Positions 48,463-62,728 of a stretch of DNA of 64,000 bases are shown one piece after another; position 1 is the stretch's first letter; each line of letters begins with the position of its first letter. The DNA comes from Mobula hypostoma (taxonomy: Eukaryota): NCBI RefSeq assembly GCF_963921235.1, contig NC_086097.1, forward strand, positions 119,290,001 to 119,354,000, read 5' to 3'. A program made the position numbers and the translations under genes. Below the pieces are notes generated by a model that searched no databases, was not told the origin of the DNA, and saw nothing but the letters and a program-made list of their open reading frames with translations.

Positions 48463-49885
48463 AGGCTTAAGAAAATCTGCCAAAAAGAGCTCAAAGGCAT
48501 TAAACACTTCCATTATACCCAAATTAAAGTATTATTTTGGCATAATATCTTGACCCATACTGATCTGGAAAATTTACAAAGAAAAATAAGAACTGAAATG
48601 ACTACTTCCAGAAAACATTATGTACACTCAAATGTACTACCTGGGACAGAAAGAAAAGAAGAAAGCCCTTAACTCCGGGTGGAGTCATCGGGTCACTATC
48701 ATGACGGCATTTTTTTAGCAGACTTCCTTCTTTTTACGAGGCTGAGTTGCTAGCTGGACACTCAACCCAGCACGGATGGAAAGCGTGCAAGGCTGGATTC
48801 GAACTCTGGAGCCTTCACTCTGAAGTCCAGCACTGATGCCACTACGCCACCAGCCAGCTGGGACAGAAAGGGGAAGAGGAATAAATGGCATTAAAAATCT
48901 ACATAACAATCAGTTAAATTTCCCAGGATATATTTTCATCAATGAAAACAGGATTCAGCACTCCATACAAGCAGATGCAGTTCTGGTAAAGGGTATATAT
49001 GACTAAACTTAAGTGAAAGCACAACCAGAAAAATGAAGAAATTCTCACTATTGAAGAAAATGTTAACCAAAGGAGAGGATGACCCTCCACGGAAGACATC
49101 CCCATGATGTAAGCAGACTAGATGTCGACAAGGAAGCGTTGAACACCTGCCTCAGAGTTAGTTGGAGACCACTTCCCAAAAAAAGGTGTTTCCTTGTGGC
49201 AATACAGAACCAAAAGGTTAACACAGAAAAAATATCAAAAATTCATAATAAAAGACCAACAAATTCAAGAGAAACCAGAAACAATCCAACACATTACAGG
49301 ATCCTGCAGCAGTTTAACTCAATCTGATGACTTACACAGGCACAATCAAGTGGCAAACATCTTTCACAAAAATCTTGCTTTAAAAAGCAAACTCATAAAA
49401 GAAACCATACCTTTCTACAAATACAAGCCTAATTCAGTTTTAGAGTGAGAATCCCACAAATTATATTACGACCGATCCTTTTACAACAGATAGGACAATT
49501 CACAATAACCATCTGATATAATCATACAGGATAAACAAGCAAGAACAACTTAATTAATAGATATAGACATTCCAAATACACATACCTTACAGAGATCAAT
49601 AAGTAAAAAACACCAGAAATACACTGAATTGAAAGGCTTTGGAACATTAACAGGGCATATTATGTCCTGGGAGTAATATCTATAACTGGTATCATCCCAA
49701 CGGCACTACACAATAACATTACACAATTAAGATACACAACACTACCGATGTAAATCTTCAGAAAGTAATAAAACTAAACACCTCTAGAAGAGTCTGAAAG
49801 TTCCTAGCAATTGAGAAATGAGTATGCTTGGCTAGGCCAATACCTCAGGTTGAGCTGAGAACAGAATAAATATAAATAGTAACTA
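48463..49885 (+). mobile_element. R4/Dong-clade (restriction-like endonuclease) non-LTR retrotransposon, 3' half, decayed
   Basis: LHGRHP, FLVAIQ, ETIQHITGSC..HRHNQVANIFH..YKYKPNSVLE, then TDRTIHNN..LIDIDIP..KY; TAA-rich 3' end. Confidence 0.8.
48654..48857 (-). mobile_element. tRNA-derived SINE (about 204 bp) inserted in the R4/Dong element
   Basis: A box TGGCGTAGTGG (48849-48839), B box GAGTTCGAATCC (48806-48795), TTC-type tail; 13-bp TSD CTGGGACAGAAAG (48641-48653 and 48858-48870). Confidence 0.88.
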
Positions 49886-49899
49886 GATAACACTGAGAT

Positions 49900-51690
49900 G
49901 ACATAAGATAGAGGAGCAGAATTAGGACTTTTGGCCCATCAAGTCTGGTCCACCATTTCATCATGGCTGATCCATTTTCCCTCTCAGTCCCAATCTCCTG
50001 CCTTCTCCCCATATCACTTCATGTCTGGACTAATCAAGAATCTAATAATCTCTGCCTTAAATATCCATACAGGCTTGGCCTCCACAGCCATAGATTCACC
50101 ACTCTCTGGATAACGAAATTCTTCATTATCTCCATCCTGAAAGGACATCCTTCTATTCTGCGGGTGTATCCTCTGGTCTTAGACTCTCTCACCACAAGAA
50201 AAAACCTCTCCACATGCACTCTATCAAGGCCTTTACTCCACTCAATAGGTTTCAATGAGGTCACCCCACATTCAGCAGATACAAACCTAGAGCCATCAAA
50301 CGCTCTTCACATCACAAGCCCATTTAAACCTGGAATCATTTTCATGATCCTTCTTTGAACCTCCTCCACTTTCAGCACATCCTTTCTAAGACAAGGGCCC
50401 AAAACTGCTCACAATACTCCAAGTAAGGCCTCATCAGTGCTTTATTGGGTCTCAAAATTACATGCTTGCCTTTATATTCTAGTCCTCTTGAAAAAAATGA
50501 TAACATTGCATTTGCTTTCCTTACCACAGACTCAAACTGCAAATTGACCTTTCAGGAGCCATGCACAACAACTCCCAAATCCCTTTGCACCTCATGTTTT
50601 TATATTTCCTTTCCATTCAGAAAATAGTCATCCTTTTCATTTCTTCTACCAAAGTGCATGACTATGCACTCCCTGACACTGTATTCCATCTGCCACTTCT
50701 TTGCCGATTCTCCTAATCTGTCTAATTCCTTCTGTAGCCTCTCTACTTCCTGAAGACTACCTGCCTTTCCACCTATATTCATAGCATCTGAAAACTTTGC
50801 AACAAATCCATCAATTGCATCATCCAAGTCATTAACATACACTATAATGTAAGATGAACCTATCCCAACTCAGACATCTGTGGAATGCCACTAGTCACCT
50901 GCAGCCAACCAGAAAAGGCTAGCTTTATTTCCACACTTTGACTCCTGCCAGTGAGCCACTGCTTTATCCATGCTAGAATCTTCACTATAATACCATGTGC
51001 TCATAGCTTGTCAAAGGCCTTCTGAAAATCCAAATACACAACATCAACCAATTCTCCTTTGTCTATTCTGGTTGTTATTTCTTCCAAGAATTCCAACAGA
51101 TTTGTCAGACAAGATTTTCCCTTGAGGAAACTATACTGACTATGGTATATTTTATCCTGTGACTCCAAATACCTCAAAACCACATCCTTAAGAATCAGCT
51201 GCTACATCTTCCCAGCCACTGAGGTCAGACTAACTGGCCTATAATTTCCATTCTTCTACCTTTTTCCCTTCTTGAAGAGTAGAGTGACATGTGCAAATTT
51301 CCAGTCTTCCACAACCATTCCAAAATCCAGTGATTCTTGAAAGATCATTACTACTGCCTTCACCATCTCTTCATCCACCTATTTTTTGAACCCTGGGTTT
51401 TACATCATCTGGTCCAGGTGACCTATCCACAATGATTCAACATCATTCAATCCTATGTCACCTCTTTCTAATGATTTATTTTTTTTTATGAGCAGAGAAA
51501 TGCCACCCCCTCTGCTTTCTTGTCTGTCCTTTTGATACAATGTGTATTGTTGGACCTTAAGTTCCCAGCTATAATCTTCTTTCAGCCATGATTCAGTGAT
51601 GGCTACAACATCATAAATGCCAATCTGTAGCTACAAGTTCATCTACCTTATTCTGTATACTGTGCACAGTCAAATATAACACCTCAGCCA
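49900..51690 (-). mobile_element. CR1 LINE, internally deleted
   Basis: KGKSCLTNLLEF..YLDFQKAFDK, YVNDLDD..KFSD, NFVIQRVVNLW; tail near 49900. Confidence 0.9.
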
Positions 51691-52464
51691 CCTTTTACAT
51701 TGTAACTCATCCTGAGAACAGGAGATGTAGACTCCTTGAAAGTGAGTCCATAGGTTTTGGAAAGTTCCAGTGTTGAGGTAAGTGAAGTTTTTCATGCTGG
51801 TTCAGAAACTCTTCCTGAACCTGGTGGTGTAGGACCTAAGGTTCCTTTATCTCCTTCCTGATGGCAACAGCAAGAAGAGAGCATAGCCTGGATGGTGGGG
51901 GTCCTAAATGATGGCTGCTGCTTACTTGTGGTTGTATTCCTTGTTCGTGTGTTTGATTGTGGGGTGGGTTTTTCCTGTGATGGTCTGGGAAATCATTACG
52001 TTTCATGATAGGCATTCCATGCATTCTTTCGTATGTACTGCAAAGTGGAAAAGCTGCATGTTCTAGTGCACTCACAGTAATGTCCAATAAATATTCTAAC
52101 CATTCCCAGCAGCATGCATCCTCCCATATTAAAGTTGTTCCTGAAATTTCAAGCAGATAGTCTTGCAATTGAACTGGAAATAATAATAAATATGGTGTAA
52201 TTTTTTTTAAGAAACTACCAAATCAAGGAAAGCAGAGTTCACTCACTTCAACACTGAACTGTTTCCACATCCTATGCAATCACTTACAAGGACTCTGCAA
52301 TTCTTGCTCTCAGTATTATCTATTTATTATTCTTTATATTTGTTTTGTTTTTGTACCATACTTACAGTTTGTTTTCTTTTGTACATTAATTGTTTGTCAG
52401 TCTTGTTTGTCTGTTGTTTTTCATTGATTGTATTGTATTTCTTTGTTTTACTATGAATATCTGC

Positions 52465-52752
52465 ATGGTAACATAATGGTTAGCACAATGCTTTACAGTA
52501 CTGGTAACATGAGTTCATTTCCCGCCACTACTTCTAACAAGTTTGTATGTTCTCCCCATGACTGCCTGGGTTTCCTCTGTACACCCTGGTTTCCTCCCAC
52601 AGTTCAAAGATGTGCCAGTTGTTAGGTTAACTGGTCATTGTAAATTGTCCCATGATTAGGCTAGGGTTAATTTGGGGAACTACTGGGCAGTGTGGCTCGA
52701 AAGCCCGGAAGGGCCTATTCCACGCTGTACCTCAATAAATAAATAAATAATA
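52465..52752 (+). mobile_element. V-SINE with (AATA)n tail inside a Rex1-type 3' UTR
   Basis: GTTCTCCCCATGACTGCCTGGGTTTCCTC..GGTTTCCTCCCACAGTTCAAAGATGTG; host repeat resumes after the tail. Confidence 0.78.
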
Positions 52753-53649
52753 AACCTCAAGGTAGTATTTGGTGATATGTATGTACTTTGATAATAAGTT
52801 TACTTTAAACTTTGAACTTTGTGGTGGGTTAGAAACAAAATACAAAGCTTGTGATTTTTCAGAAGGCAACAGTAATTGGATAAAAGGTTTGATAATGTAA
52901 AACTAAAGGGAATGGCAGTGGGAATAATTTGAGAAATAAAAGATTCAGCATATGACTCCACTACTTAAGCAGGGGAAAGTAGGAAATTGCGGACCAGTTA
53001 GCCTGACATCTGTTGTTGAGAAATTACTAGATTATATAATTAAAGATAAAAGCCCTAGAGAGGCTGAAAGTGACAAAGGGAGAATAATTACAAGTAACTG
53101 CTGTCTAAAAAAATTCAGAGCAGTGTTTATGATCTGACATTGTTGAACTCAGTGTTGTGTCTGCAAGCCATAAAGTGGCTAATCGAAGATTAGGTTCGGT
53201 TCCTTGAGCTTCTTAGAGCTTCATTATAAAGTGACCTCCCTTTCGGAAATTAATGCCTGATCCCTCTGCTCAACTGAAAATTTACAAGGAGTTCAGTCAA
53301 TCTATCCTTAATTATAGATCAATAATTTCTTAGTCACTTCAACATACAGATTCATAATCTCTCTTCTTGTTTGCTTAAATAATATGCACAATTTTATAAT
53401 CTAATGGAAAGGTTCCTGGATTGAAAAAAGACTGGGAAGTTCCAGTTAGATGAAAGGTTCATTTAAAAGAAAATTATAGTGCAAGTGATTCTCTTCAAGA
53501 TTCTCCCACTGGCAAGAAGGACATGAATTGTCCCAGTAACTAGTTGTCATGGAAACAAATCTTAGGAATGTTCACTAAGTTGATATGCCCGTTGTTTTAT
53601 GATTTTATGTCCTATATTTAACAAATACGGCAGCATGGGCACTAGACTC

Positions 53650-54012
53650 CATAGTATCCAGGGCATCTTCAAGGGAGCAATGCCTCAAAAAGGCAACGTC
53701 CATCATTAAGGACCCCATCACTCAGGATGCCCTGTTCTCATTGCTACCATCAGGAAGAAGGTACAGAAGCTACAATGATTCAGGAACTTCTTCTTTCCCT
53801 CTGCCATCTAATTTATGAATGAACGTTGAACCCATGACCACTATCTCACTGCATATTTTACCTCAATGTTTGCACTGCTTGTTTAATTTAATATATATGC
53901 TTACTGATATTCAGACTTTTTTCTATTGTTATATATTGCATTGTACTACCACCACAAAGTTAACAAATTTCATGATATTTTCTGGTAATATTAAACTTGA
54001 TTCTGATTCTGA
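53650..54012 (+). mobile_element. Rex1-type 3' fragment
   Basis: ATCATTAAGGACCCC..TTCTCATTGCTACCATCAGG; (TTCTGA)n tail. Confidence 0.7.
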
Positions 54013-54902
54013 TGCCTTTTCTTCATTCCACTGTACATTTCTAGAGTGTATTAGTTGGCCTAAGCTTCTCAGAAGATTTTGACCTTGTTGTGGTGAAGAG
54101 GCAGATGAGTGATGCTGTCTGGACCTTAGCTCCTGATAGGGTCACCCATGACAGTTAGGTCAAGGGGGATGATCCAGACAAAGAGTGAGCCATCAAGACC
54201 TCAGCAGTGGAGTTGGTGAAAGGCGATGACACATCACAATGGCAGTGAAGCTGGAGAAAGGCTGCAGCAGATCCCCAGTCATTTTGCACTTCATGTCACT
54301 GGACCTGATCTGTCAAGGACCATGATGTGGCTGCCCATGCACCAACCTCCCCACTTTGAATGAAGTCACACACAGGCATTCACAGTTAAGGGAATAGCAC
54401 CTTGTGAGAACATCATACTCCACTTGGAGTGATTGCATTACCTGCACTAAGCTTATATAGTCTACACAGATCCCATGGAATGCTATTAGACACAGATGAT
54501 GTTTGCATTGAAGATGGTCTTATGGAATGTTAGTTCTTCTGTTTGTCTTAGGCTGCATGTTTTGTTCATTAGAAGACTTTTCTGTAACTGTGGAGAAATG
54601 CGATTTATTAACTTGGTGGTTTACCTTACTATTGTTGCCATCAGTTTTCATTATTACATTCAGTTTAAAAGCATCGTCAAAGAAAATATCAAGCCAATGC
54701 TGAAAAGTTTAATAGTTTTGCTGCGTTCTAACTTCAGCGACATAGCTACTACCTGCATCCTGAACTTACTTCCCTCAAATGATCACCAGTCTCTGCTGCA
54801 ATACATATTCAAGGTGAGCAAAAGTTAATCACAAGTGTGGGTTACTGGTGATCAGCCTCATCCAATTATTTTGTTTTATTTAAAGAAGAATTTTGAGAGA
54901 AG

Positions 54903-55060
54903 GTACACATGCAAAATACTGGAGGAACTCAGCAGGTCAAGCAGCATCTATGGAGGAGAATAAACAATCAATGTCTCAGGCTGAGACCTCTCATCAGGGA
55001 CCTGATTTGCTGAGTTTTTCCAGCAATTCTGTGTGCGCTGTTCAACATTTTCTGCATCTT
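54903..55060. mobile_element. Old fold-back PLE pLTR piece with decayed hammerhead
   Basis: Inverted GGAACTCAGCAGGTC / GATTTGCTGAGTTTT arms; minus-strand CTGATGA..GAGA. Confidence 0.6.
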
Positions 55061-55794
55061 GTAATTGTGCTTTGGGAAAGGCTCACCCATTTTCTACCTG
55101 TGTTCTTCACTCACTATTTGTCAGCTCTTTGTCTCTTTTTAAGCTTGGAGAAATGGAAAGTGTAAATAGATGAAAAAGAGTCTAGAGGAATTGAGAATTG
55201 AGACCAGGTTACCTTGAGATCATTGACCAGTGAATAGCTTTAGGTAACCAACAGCAACTCACACAAAATGCTGGACAAACTCAGCAGGTCAGGCAGCATC
55301 TGTGGAGACGAATAACCAGTTGACATTTGGGCTAAGACCCTTCACTAGTTCTTTATTTCTGCAATAAAATTCGTCATTTCTGCCTGTCACAATTTTAGCT
55401 CAATCTTTCTTTTGTCTTTTTTATTGCACACTTGACTGTTGGACATGTCCAACAGCCTTAGCATAACACAGACAAAGAAGATAAATTGTGATCGTAATGG
55501 TTACTTAAGAGCCACATCTGGTCATCCAAAGACATCCTTTCAGAGATATTCCATTGTGTTATTTATGCCCACCCAACCATACCTTCTCAGCTGCTTAAAA
55601 CCTTTTTTCTTCTCTCTTTTCCAATTCTGATGAAGTGTCCTGGAATTGAAATATTAACTGTTTCACTTAATACGCATGCTGCCTGACCTGATGAATGTTC
55701 TAGCATTTTCTTATGTTACTTCAGATTTCAAACTTCTGATTTCTTAAAAAAATTCAATGGCCATAATCGTAGGTTCAAAAGTAAAATTGAAATG

Positions 55795-58700
55795 AAAGGC
55801 CATAAGATATAGGAGCAGCATTAGGCCATTTTTCCCATCAAGTCTGTTCCCCCATTTCATCACGGTTGATCCAATTTTCCTCTCAGCCTCAATCTCCTGC
55901 CTTCTCCCTGTATGCCTTCATGCCCTGACCAATCAAGAATCTATCAACATCTGCCTTAAATATACATAAATACTTTGCCACCACAGCTGCCGTGGCAACA
56001 AATTCCACAGATTCACTACTCTCTGGCTAAAGAAATTCCTCCTCGTCTCAATTCTAAAAGGATACCCCTCCCTATTCTGAAGCTGTGACCTCTGGTCTTA
56101 GTCTCCCAACATGGGAAGCATCCTCTCCACAACCATTCTATAAAGACTTCCCACCTTTCGATAGGTTTCAATGAGGTCATCCCCCCATTGTTGTGAATTC
56201 TAGTGAATGCAGGCCACAGCTATCAGGCACTCTTCATATCACAAGCCATTCAATCCTGGAATCATTTTCATGAACCTCCTTTGAACCCTCTTCCATTTCA
56301 GCACATCCTTTCTAAGATAAAGGGAGCAAACCCGCTCACAATACTCCAAGTTAGGCTTTGCCAGTGCTTTATAAAGTTTCAGCATTACATCTCTGTTTTT
56401 ATATTCTAGTCTTCTTAAAATAAATGCTAACATTGCATTTGCCTTCCTCACCTCAGACTCAACCTGCAAATTAACCATTAAGGAATCCTGCATATTGACT
56501 CTCAAGTCCCTTTGCACTTAAGTTTTTTTTGTATATTCTCTCCATTTAGAAAGTAGACAATATTTATATTCCTTTTACCAAAGTGCATTACGATACACTT
56601 TTCGACACTGTATTCTATCTGCCATTTCTTTGCCCATTCTCCTTATCTGTCTAAGTCCTTCTGTAACCTCTCTACTTTCTCAAAGCTACCTGCCCCTCCA
56701 CCTATCTTTATATCATCTGCAAAATTCACAACAAAGCCAACAATTCCATCATCCAAATCATTGAAATATAATGTGAATAGAATTTCTCCCAATACAGACC
56801 CCTGTGGAACACCACTAGTCACCAGCAGCCAGTCAGGAAAGGATCCCTTTATTCCCTCTCTTTGCCTCCTGACAATCAGCCACTACTTTGTTCATGCTGA
56901 AATCTTTCCTGTGCTACCATGGGCTCATAGCATGTTTAGTAGCCTCACGTGTGGCATCTTGTCAAAGGCCTTCTGAAAATCAACCGATTCTCCTTTGCCT
57001 ATCCTGCTTGCTAATTCTTCAAAGGATTAACAGATCTGTCAGGCAAGATTTTCCTTGAAGAAACCATGCTGACTAAGGCATATTTTATCATGTGCCTCGA
57101 AATACCCTGAGACCTCGTTGTTAATAATTGACACCAACATCTCCCCAACCATTGCGATCAGACTAACTGGCCTATAGTTTCCTTTCTTCTGCCTCTCTCC
57201 CTTCTTGAAGAGTGGACTGACATTTGCAATTTTCCAGTGTTTCAGAACCAGTCCAGAATCTAGTGGCTCTTGAAAGATCATTACTAATGCTTCCACAATC
57301 TCTTCAGCCACCTCTTTGAGAATTCTGGGGTGTACAACATCTGGTCCAGATGACTTACCTACCTTCAGACTTTTCAGTTTCCCAAGAGCCTTCTCTCTAG
57401 TAATGGTAACTTCACACACTTCATGCCCCCTAACACCTGGGACTTCCACCATACTGCTAGTATCTTCCACAGTGAAGACTAATGCAAAATATCTATTCAG
57501 TTCATCAGCTATTTTGTTGCCTCCCATCACTACCTCTCCAGTATCATTTCTCAGGTATCCAAATTCCCATTCTCTTTTACACTTTATGTATCTGTAGAAA
57601 CTTTCGGTATGCTCTTTGATATTATTGGCTAGATTACTTTTGTATTCCATCTTTACCTTCTTACTGACTTTTTAGCTCATTTCTATTGGTTTTTAAAAGC
57701 TTCTTGATCACTAATCTTCACACTAATCTTTGCTCTATTATATGCACTGTCTTTGGTTTTTATGTTGGCTTGTTAACCATGGTTGTGTCATCTTTCCTTT
57801 AGAATATTTCTTCCTCTTTGGGATATATAAATCCTGTGCCTTCCAAATTGCTTCCTGAAATTCCAACCATTGCTGCTCTACTATCATCCCTGCCAAGTCT
57901 TCTTTTCCAATCTGTTCTGGCCAACTCCTCTCCTGTGCCTCTGCAATACCCTTTACTCCACTATAATACTGATGCACCTAACTTTAGCTTATCCTTCTCA
58001 TTTTTTTAGGGTGAATTCAATTATATTATGACCACTTTCCCCTGAGGGTTCCTTTAGCTTAAGCTCTCTAATCAATTCTGATTCATTGTACAACACCTAT
58101 TCCAAAATAGTTAATCTCCTAGTGGGCTCAACCATGAGATGCTCTAAAAGGCCATCTCGTAGGCATTCTTAAAATTCCTTCTTTTGGAATTCAATGCCAA
58201 CCTGATTTTCCCAACCTACTTGCATATTGAAATTTTTGATTGGAGAAAGGCTAACTTTGAGGAGATGCGAAAGGATTTAGAAGGAGTGGATTGGGACAAC
58301 TTGTTTTATGGGAAGAATATAATAGAGAAATGGAGGTCATTTAAATGTGAAATTTTGAGAGTACAGAATCTTTGTGTTCCTGTTAGGTTGAAAGGAAAGG
58401 TTAAAAGTTTGAGAGAGCCATGGTTTTCAAGAGATATTAGAAACTTGGTTCGGAAAAAGAGAGATATCTACAATAAAATTAGGCAGCATGGAGTAAATGA
58501 GGTGCTCGAGGAATATAAAGAATGTAAAAAGAATCTTTAAAAAGAAATTAGGAAAGCTAAAAGAAGATATGAGGTTGCTTCGGCAAGTAAGGTGAAAATA
58601 AATCCCAAGGGTTTTTACCATTATATTAATAGCAAAAGGATAGCGAGGGATAAAATTGGTCCCTTAGAGAAGCAGAGTGGACAGCTGTATGTGGAGCCAA

Positions 58701-61363
58701 AAGAGATGGGGGAGATTCTGAACAATTTCTTTTCTTCGATATTCACTAAGGAGAAGGATATTGAATTGTGTAAGATAAGGGAAATAGGTAGGGAAGTTAT
58801 GGAAACTATGATGATTAAAGAAGAGGAGGTATTGGAGTTTTTAAAGAATATAAAAGTGGATAAGTCTCTGGGTCCTGACAAGATATACCCTAGGACCTTG
58901 AGGGAAGTTTGTGTGGAAATAGCAGGGGTTCTGACAGAAATATTTCAAATGTCATTAGAAATGGGATGGTGCCAGAGGATTGGCGTATTGCTCATGTTGT
59001 TCCATTGTTTAAAAAGGGTCCTAACAGTAAACCTAGCAATTATCGGTCTGTGAGTTTGACGTCAGTGGTGGGTAAGTTAATGGACTGTATCCTTAGAGAT
59101 GGTATATATAATTATCTGGATAGATGGTGTCTGATTAGGAACAGTCAACATGGATTTGTGTGTGGAAGGTCATGTTTGACAAATCTTATTGAATTTTTTG
59201 AAGAGGTTACTAAGAAAGTCGATGAGGGTAAAGCGGTGGATGTTGTCTATTTGGACTTCAGTAAGGTCTTTGACAAGGTTCCACACAGAAGGTTGATTAG
59301 GAGGGTTCAATCATTAGGTATTAATATTGAAGTAGTAAAATGGATTCAGCAGTGGCTGGATGGGAGACACCAGAGAGTGGTGGTGGATAACTGTTTGTCA
59401 GATTGGAGGCTGGTGACTAGTGGTATGCCTCAGGGATCTGTACTGGGTCCAATGTTGTTTGTCATATACATTAATGATCTGGATGATGGGGTGGTAAATT
59501 GGATGAGTGAGTATGCAGATGATACTAAGATAGGTGGAGTTGTGGATAATGAAGTAGGTTTTCAAAGTTTGCAGAGAGATTTAGGCCAGTTAGAAGAGTG
59601 GGCTGAAAGATGGAATTTAATGCTGATAAATATGAGGTGCTACATTTTGGTAGGACTAATCAAAATAGGACATACATGATAAATGGTAGGGCATTGAAGA
59701 ATACTGCAGAACAGAGGGATCTAGGAATAATGGTGCATAGCTCGTGAAGGTGGAATCTCATGTGGATAGGGTGGTGAAGAAAGCTTTTGGTATGCTGGCC
59801 TTTATAAATCAGAGTATTGAGTATAGGAATTGGGATGTAATGTTGAAATTGTACAAGGCATTGGTGAGGCCAAATTTGGAGTATTGTGTATAGTTTTGGT
59901 CACCAAATTATAGGAAAGATGTCAACAAAATTGAGAGAGTACAGAGAAGATTTACTAGAATGTTACCTGGGTTTCATCACCTAAGTTACAGAGAAAGGTT
60001 GATCAAGTTGGGTCTTTATTCTTTGGAATGTAGAAGGTTGAGGGGGAACTTGATAGAGGTATTTAAAATTATGAGGGGGGTAGATAGAGTTGCCATGGAT
60101 AGGCTTTTTTCATTGAGAGTGGGGGAGATTCAAACAAGTGTATATGAGTTGAGAGTTAAAGGGCAAAAGTTTAGGGGTAACATGAGAGGAAACTTCTTTA
60201 CTCAGAGAGTGGTAGCTGTGTGGAACGAGCTTCCAGCAGAAGTGGTTGAGGCAGGTTCGATGTTGTTGTTTAAAGTTAAATTGGACAGCTATATGGACAG
60301 GAATGGAATAGAGGGTTATGGGCTGAGTGCAGGTTGGTGGAACTAGGTGAGAGTAAGAGTTCGGCATGGACTAGAAGGGCCAAGATGGGCTGTTTCCATG
60401 CGGTAATTGTTATATGGTTATACTGAAATCCTCCATGACTATTGCAACATTGCCCTTTTGGCATGCATTTTTTATCTCCCATTGTAATTTGTGGACCACA
60501 TCCTTACTACTGATTGTTGGGGGAGTGGGGGTCGGTATACAACTGATATCAGGGTTTTTTTACACTTGCCTCTCCTTAGCTCTATCCACAACAATTCAGC
60601 ACCTTTCGACCCTATGTCACCACTTTCTAATGATTTGATTTCATTTTTTACCAACAGAGCAATGCTGCCCCCTCTGCCTACCAGCCTGTCCTTTCGATAC
60701 AACGTGTATCCTTGGACATTAAACTCCCAGCTACAATCTTTCAATTATGATTCAGTGATGCCGACAATATCATACCTGCAAATCTGCAACTGTGCTATAA
60801 ATTCATCTACAGTACCTTTTCCATATACTGCACACGTTCAAATATAACAGCTTCAGTCCAGCATTCACCTTTTTCGATTTTGTCCACCTTTTATGTTGTA
60901 TTTCATCCTGTTGACTGCAATTTTGCCCTATCAACAGCCCCTCCTCACCACACATTGCCTCTTCTTGTAAACCAGCTGCCTCATCTTCAGCAGTATCTTT
61001 CCTTTGAGACTTCTTGCATTGAAATATACGTAGTTTAAGATACTGGTTTCACCATGCTCATTTTTTTTTTAACTTTGTCTGAGGTCTTACCAACATCTGC
61101 CTCCAAAACTTCTCCACCAAATCTTCTGGCACTCTGGTTCCCATCCACCCACAACTCTAGAATAATCCCTCCCATGCAGCATTAACAAACCTTCCCGCTA
61201 GGATGTTTGTCTCCCTCCAGTTCAAGCGCAAACTGTCCTCCTGTACAGATCCCACCTTCCATGGAAGAGAGCCCAATGATCCAAATATCTCATGCCCTCC
61301 CTCGTACACCAACTCCTTAGCCATGTATTAAACTGTGTAATCATCCTAGTCCTCACTGGCATG
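55795..61363 (-). mobile_element. Long CR1 LINE (3' tail, ORF2, ORF1 C-terminus) interrupted by an opposite-strand CR1 and by an LTR element
   Basis: ORFs 57039-57650 (RT N-part), 60472-60744 (APE), 56239-56517; manual translation near 61170-61335 gives QFNTWLRSWCTREGMRYLDHWALFHGRWDLY (SGNH-esterase-type ORF1). Confidence 0.9.
58234..60419 (+). mobile_element. CR1 LINE of a different subfamily, 5'-truncated, nested
   Basis: RT ORF 58909-59679 (QHGF..YLDFSKVFDKVPH..PQGSVLGP..YADDTK); 10-bp TSD ATA(T/C)TGAAAT at 58224-58233 and 60420-60429. Confidence 0.93.
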
Positions 61364-62718
61364 TGTCACAATGGCGGGGGCATAGGGAGCAAGGGTGGAC
61401 CCAAATGCAAGACACATCTTGTTTGGTTACTTAGATTTAGTTTATTGTTCAATTCCAAGAGAGCAGAGCAGAAGTATGAATAGCGAACAGGATAAGGACT
61501 CAGGACTATGACTGGGCTGGGACCAAGGGTCTGGACTTGGACTAGGAATCGGCTCCCTGAACTAGAGGAGACATGAAGAGGCCAGGGTATGGGCTCCGAG
61601 CCCGAGACTGGGCAAGGACCCAGTACCTGGGTCTTGCCTCGGGCTCGGACCCCAGAACCAGGCATGGATATGACATGCGCTAGGTGAGGAGGAACATGGA
61701 AAACAGAGCCTCGGTCTCGGGATAGCAGGTACATGGAACCATGGACACATACACAGAACAGAGAGCCGGGACCCCTCCTTGGGTACAGGACATAGGGCCG
61801 GGATTCATGACCCTCTGCGGGGCAACGGCAAGACGGCCTGACTTACCCCACGGAGGCGAGGACAGGACAAGACAAGACACGACTCCCCGTGGGCCAACGG
61901 CAAGACGGCCTGACTTACCCCACTGAGGCAAGGACAGGACAAGACAAGACATGACCTCCTGTGGAGCAACGGCAAGACGGCCAGACTTACCCCAAGGAGG
62001 CGAGGACAAGACAAGACAAGACTAACACAAATGAACACCAGACAGTACCTATCTAGCTCCGGTGATGGAACTAGACCGAAGTGCAGATGGGGGCTGCAGA
62101 CGAGGGCTAGAGGCAAGAGGGGCAGAGAAGGGATTCAGACAAGGGGGTAGGACAGGAATCACAGACCGCCAGGGCCAGGACTAGACTCAGAACTGGGAAG
62201 CCGCCAGGACCTGGATTTGGACGTGGTACTTGGATGCCGCCAGAGCCAGGACGTGGACGTGGTACTTGGATGCTGCCGGAGCCAGGACGTGGTGCTTGGA
62301 ACCTCCAGGTAGAGGCGAGCTCTAGACTTGGCCGGGGAACAGTAGACAGCAGCTCTTGATTCTCTCTGGCGGGTTAACTGATGGACCCACCTCGGTAAGG
62401 AAACTTTGCAGGCTCGCTTTGGCGAGGTAACTGGACTGGGTTGCTCCGGTGAGGAAAGGTGAATTACCAGCACTCGCTTCAGGCGGAGACAAGGCTTGCT
62501 CCGGCCAGATGACACTGGCACGCCGTGACTTTGCAGACTTTGCAGACGCTCCCACACCGAACCGCTGAAAGCCGGAGACTATAAACTACCGGTTCAGCCG
62601 AGTGTTAATTGCCTTTAATCACCAAACTGAGGAACACGGGAAAACAGGGAATCAACGGTCCGGATCGTAACATAAACATGCTAAATTTAAAGGGACCCCG
62701 ATCCGGACCATGACAGTA

Positions 62719-62728
62719 CCCGCCTCCC
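62719..62728 (-). promoter_or_regulatory. Polypurine tract
   Basis: GGGAGGCGGG followed by TAC and the TGTCA of the 3' LTR. Confidence 0.75.

Noticed and set aside
48785..48857. tRNA gene
   Set aside because: Has A and B boxes but no acceptor-stem closure or terminator; it continues into a SINE body with tail and TSD.
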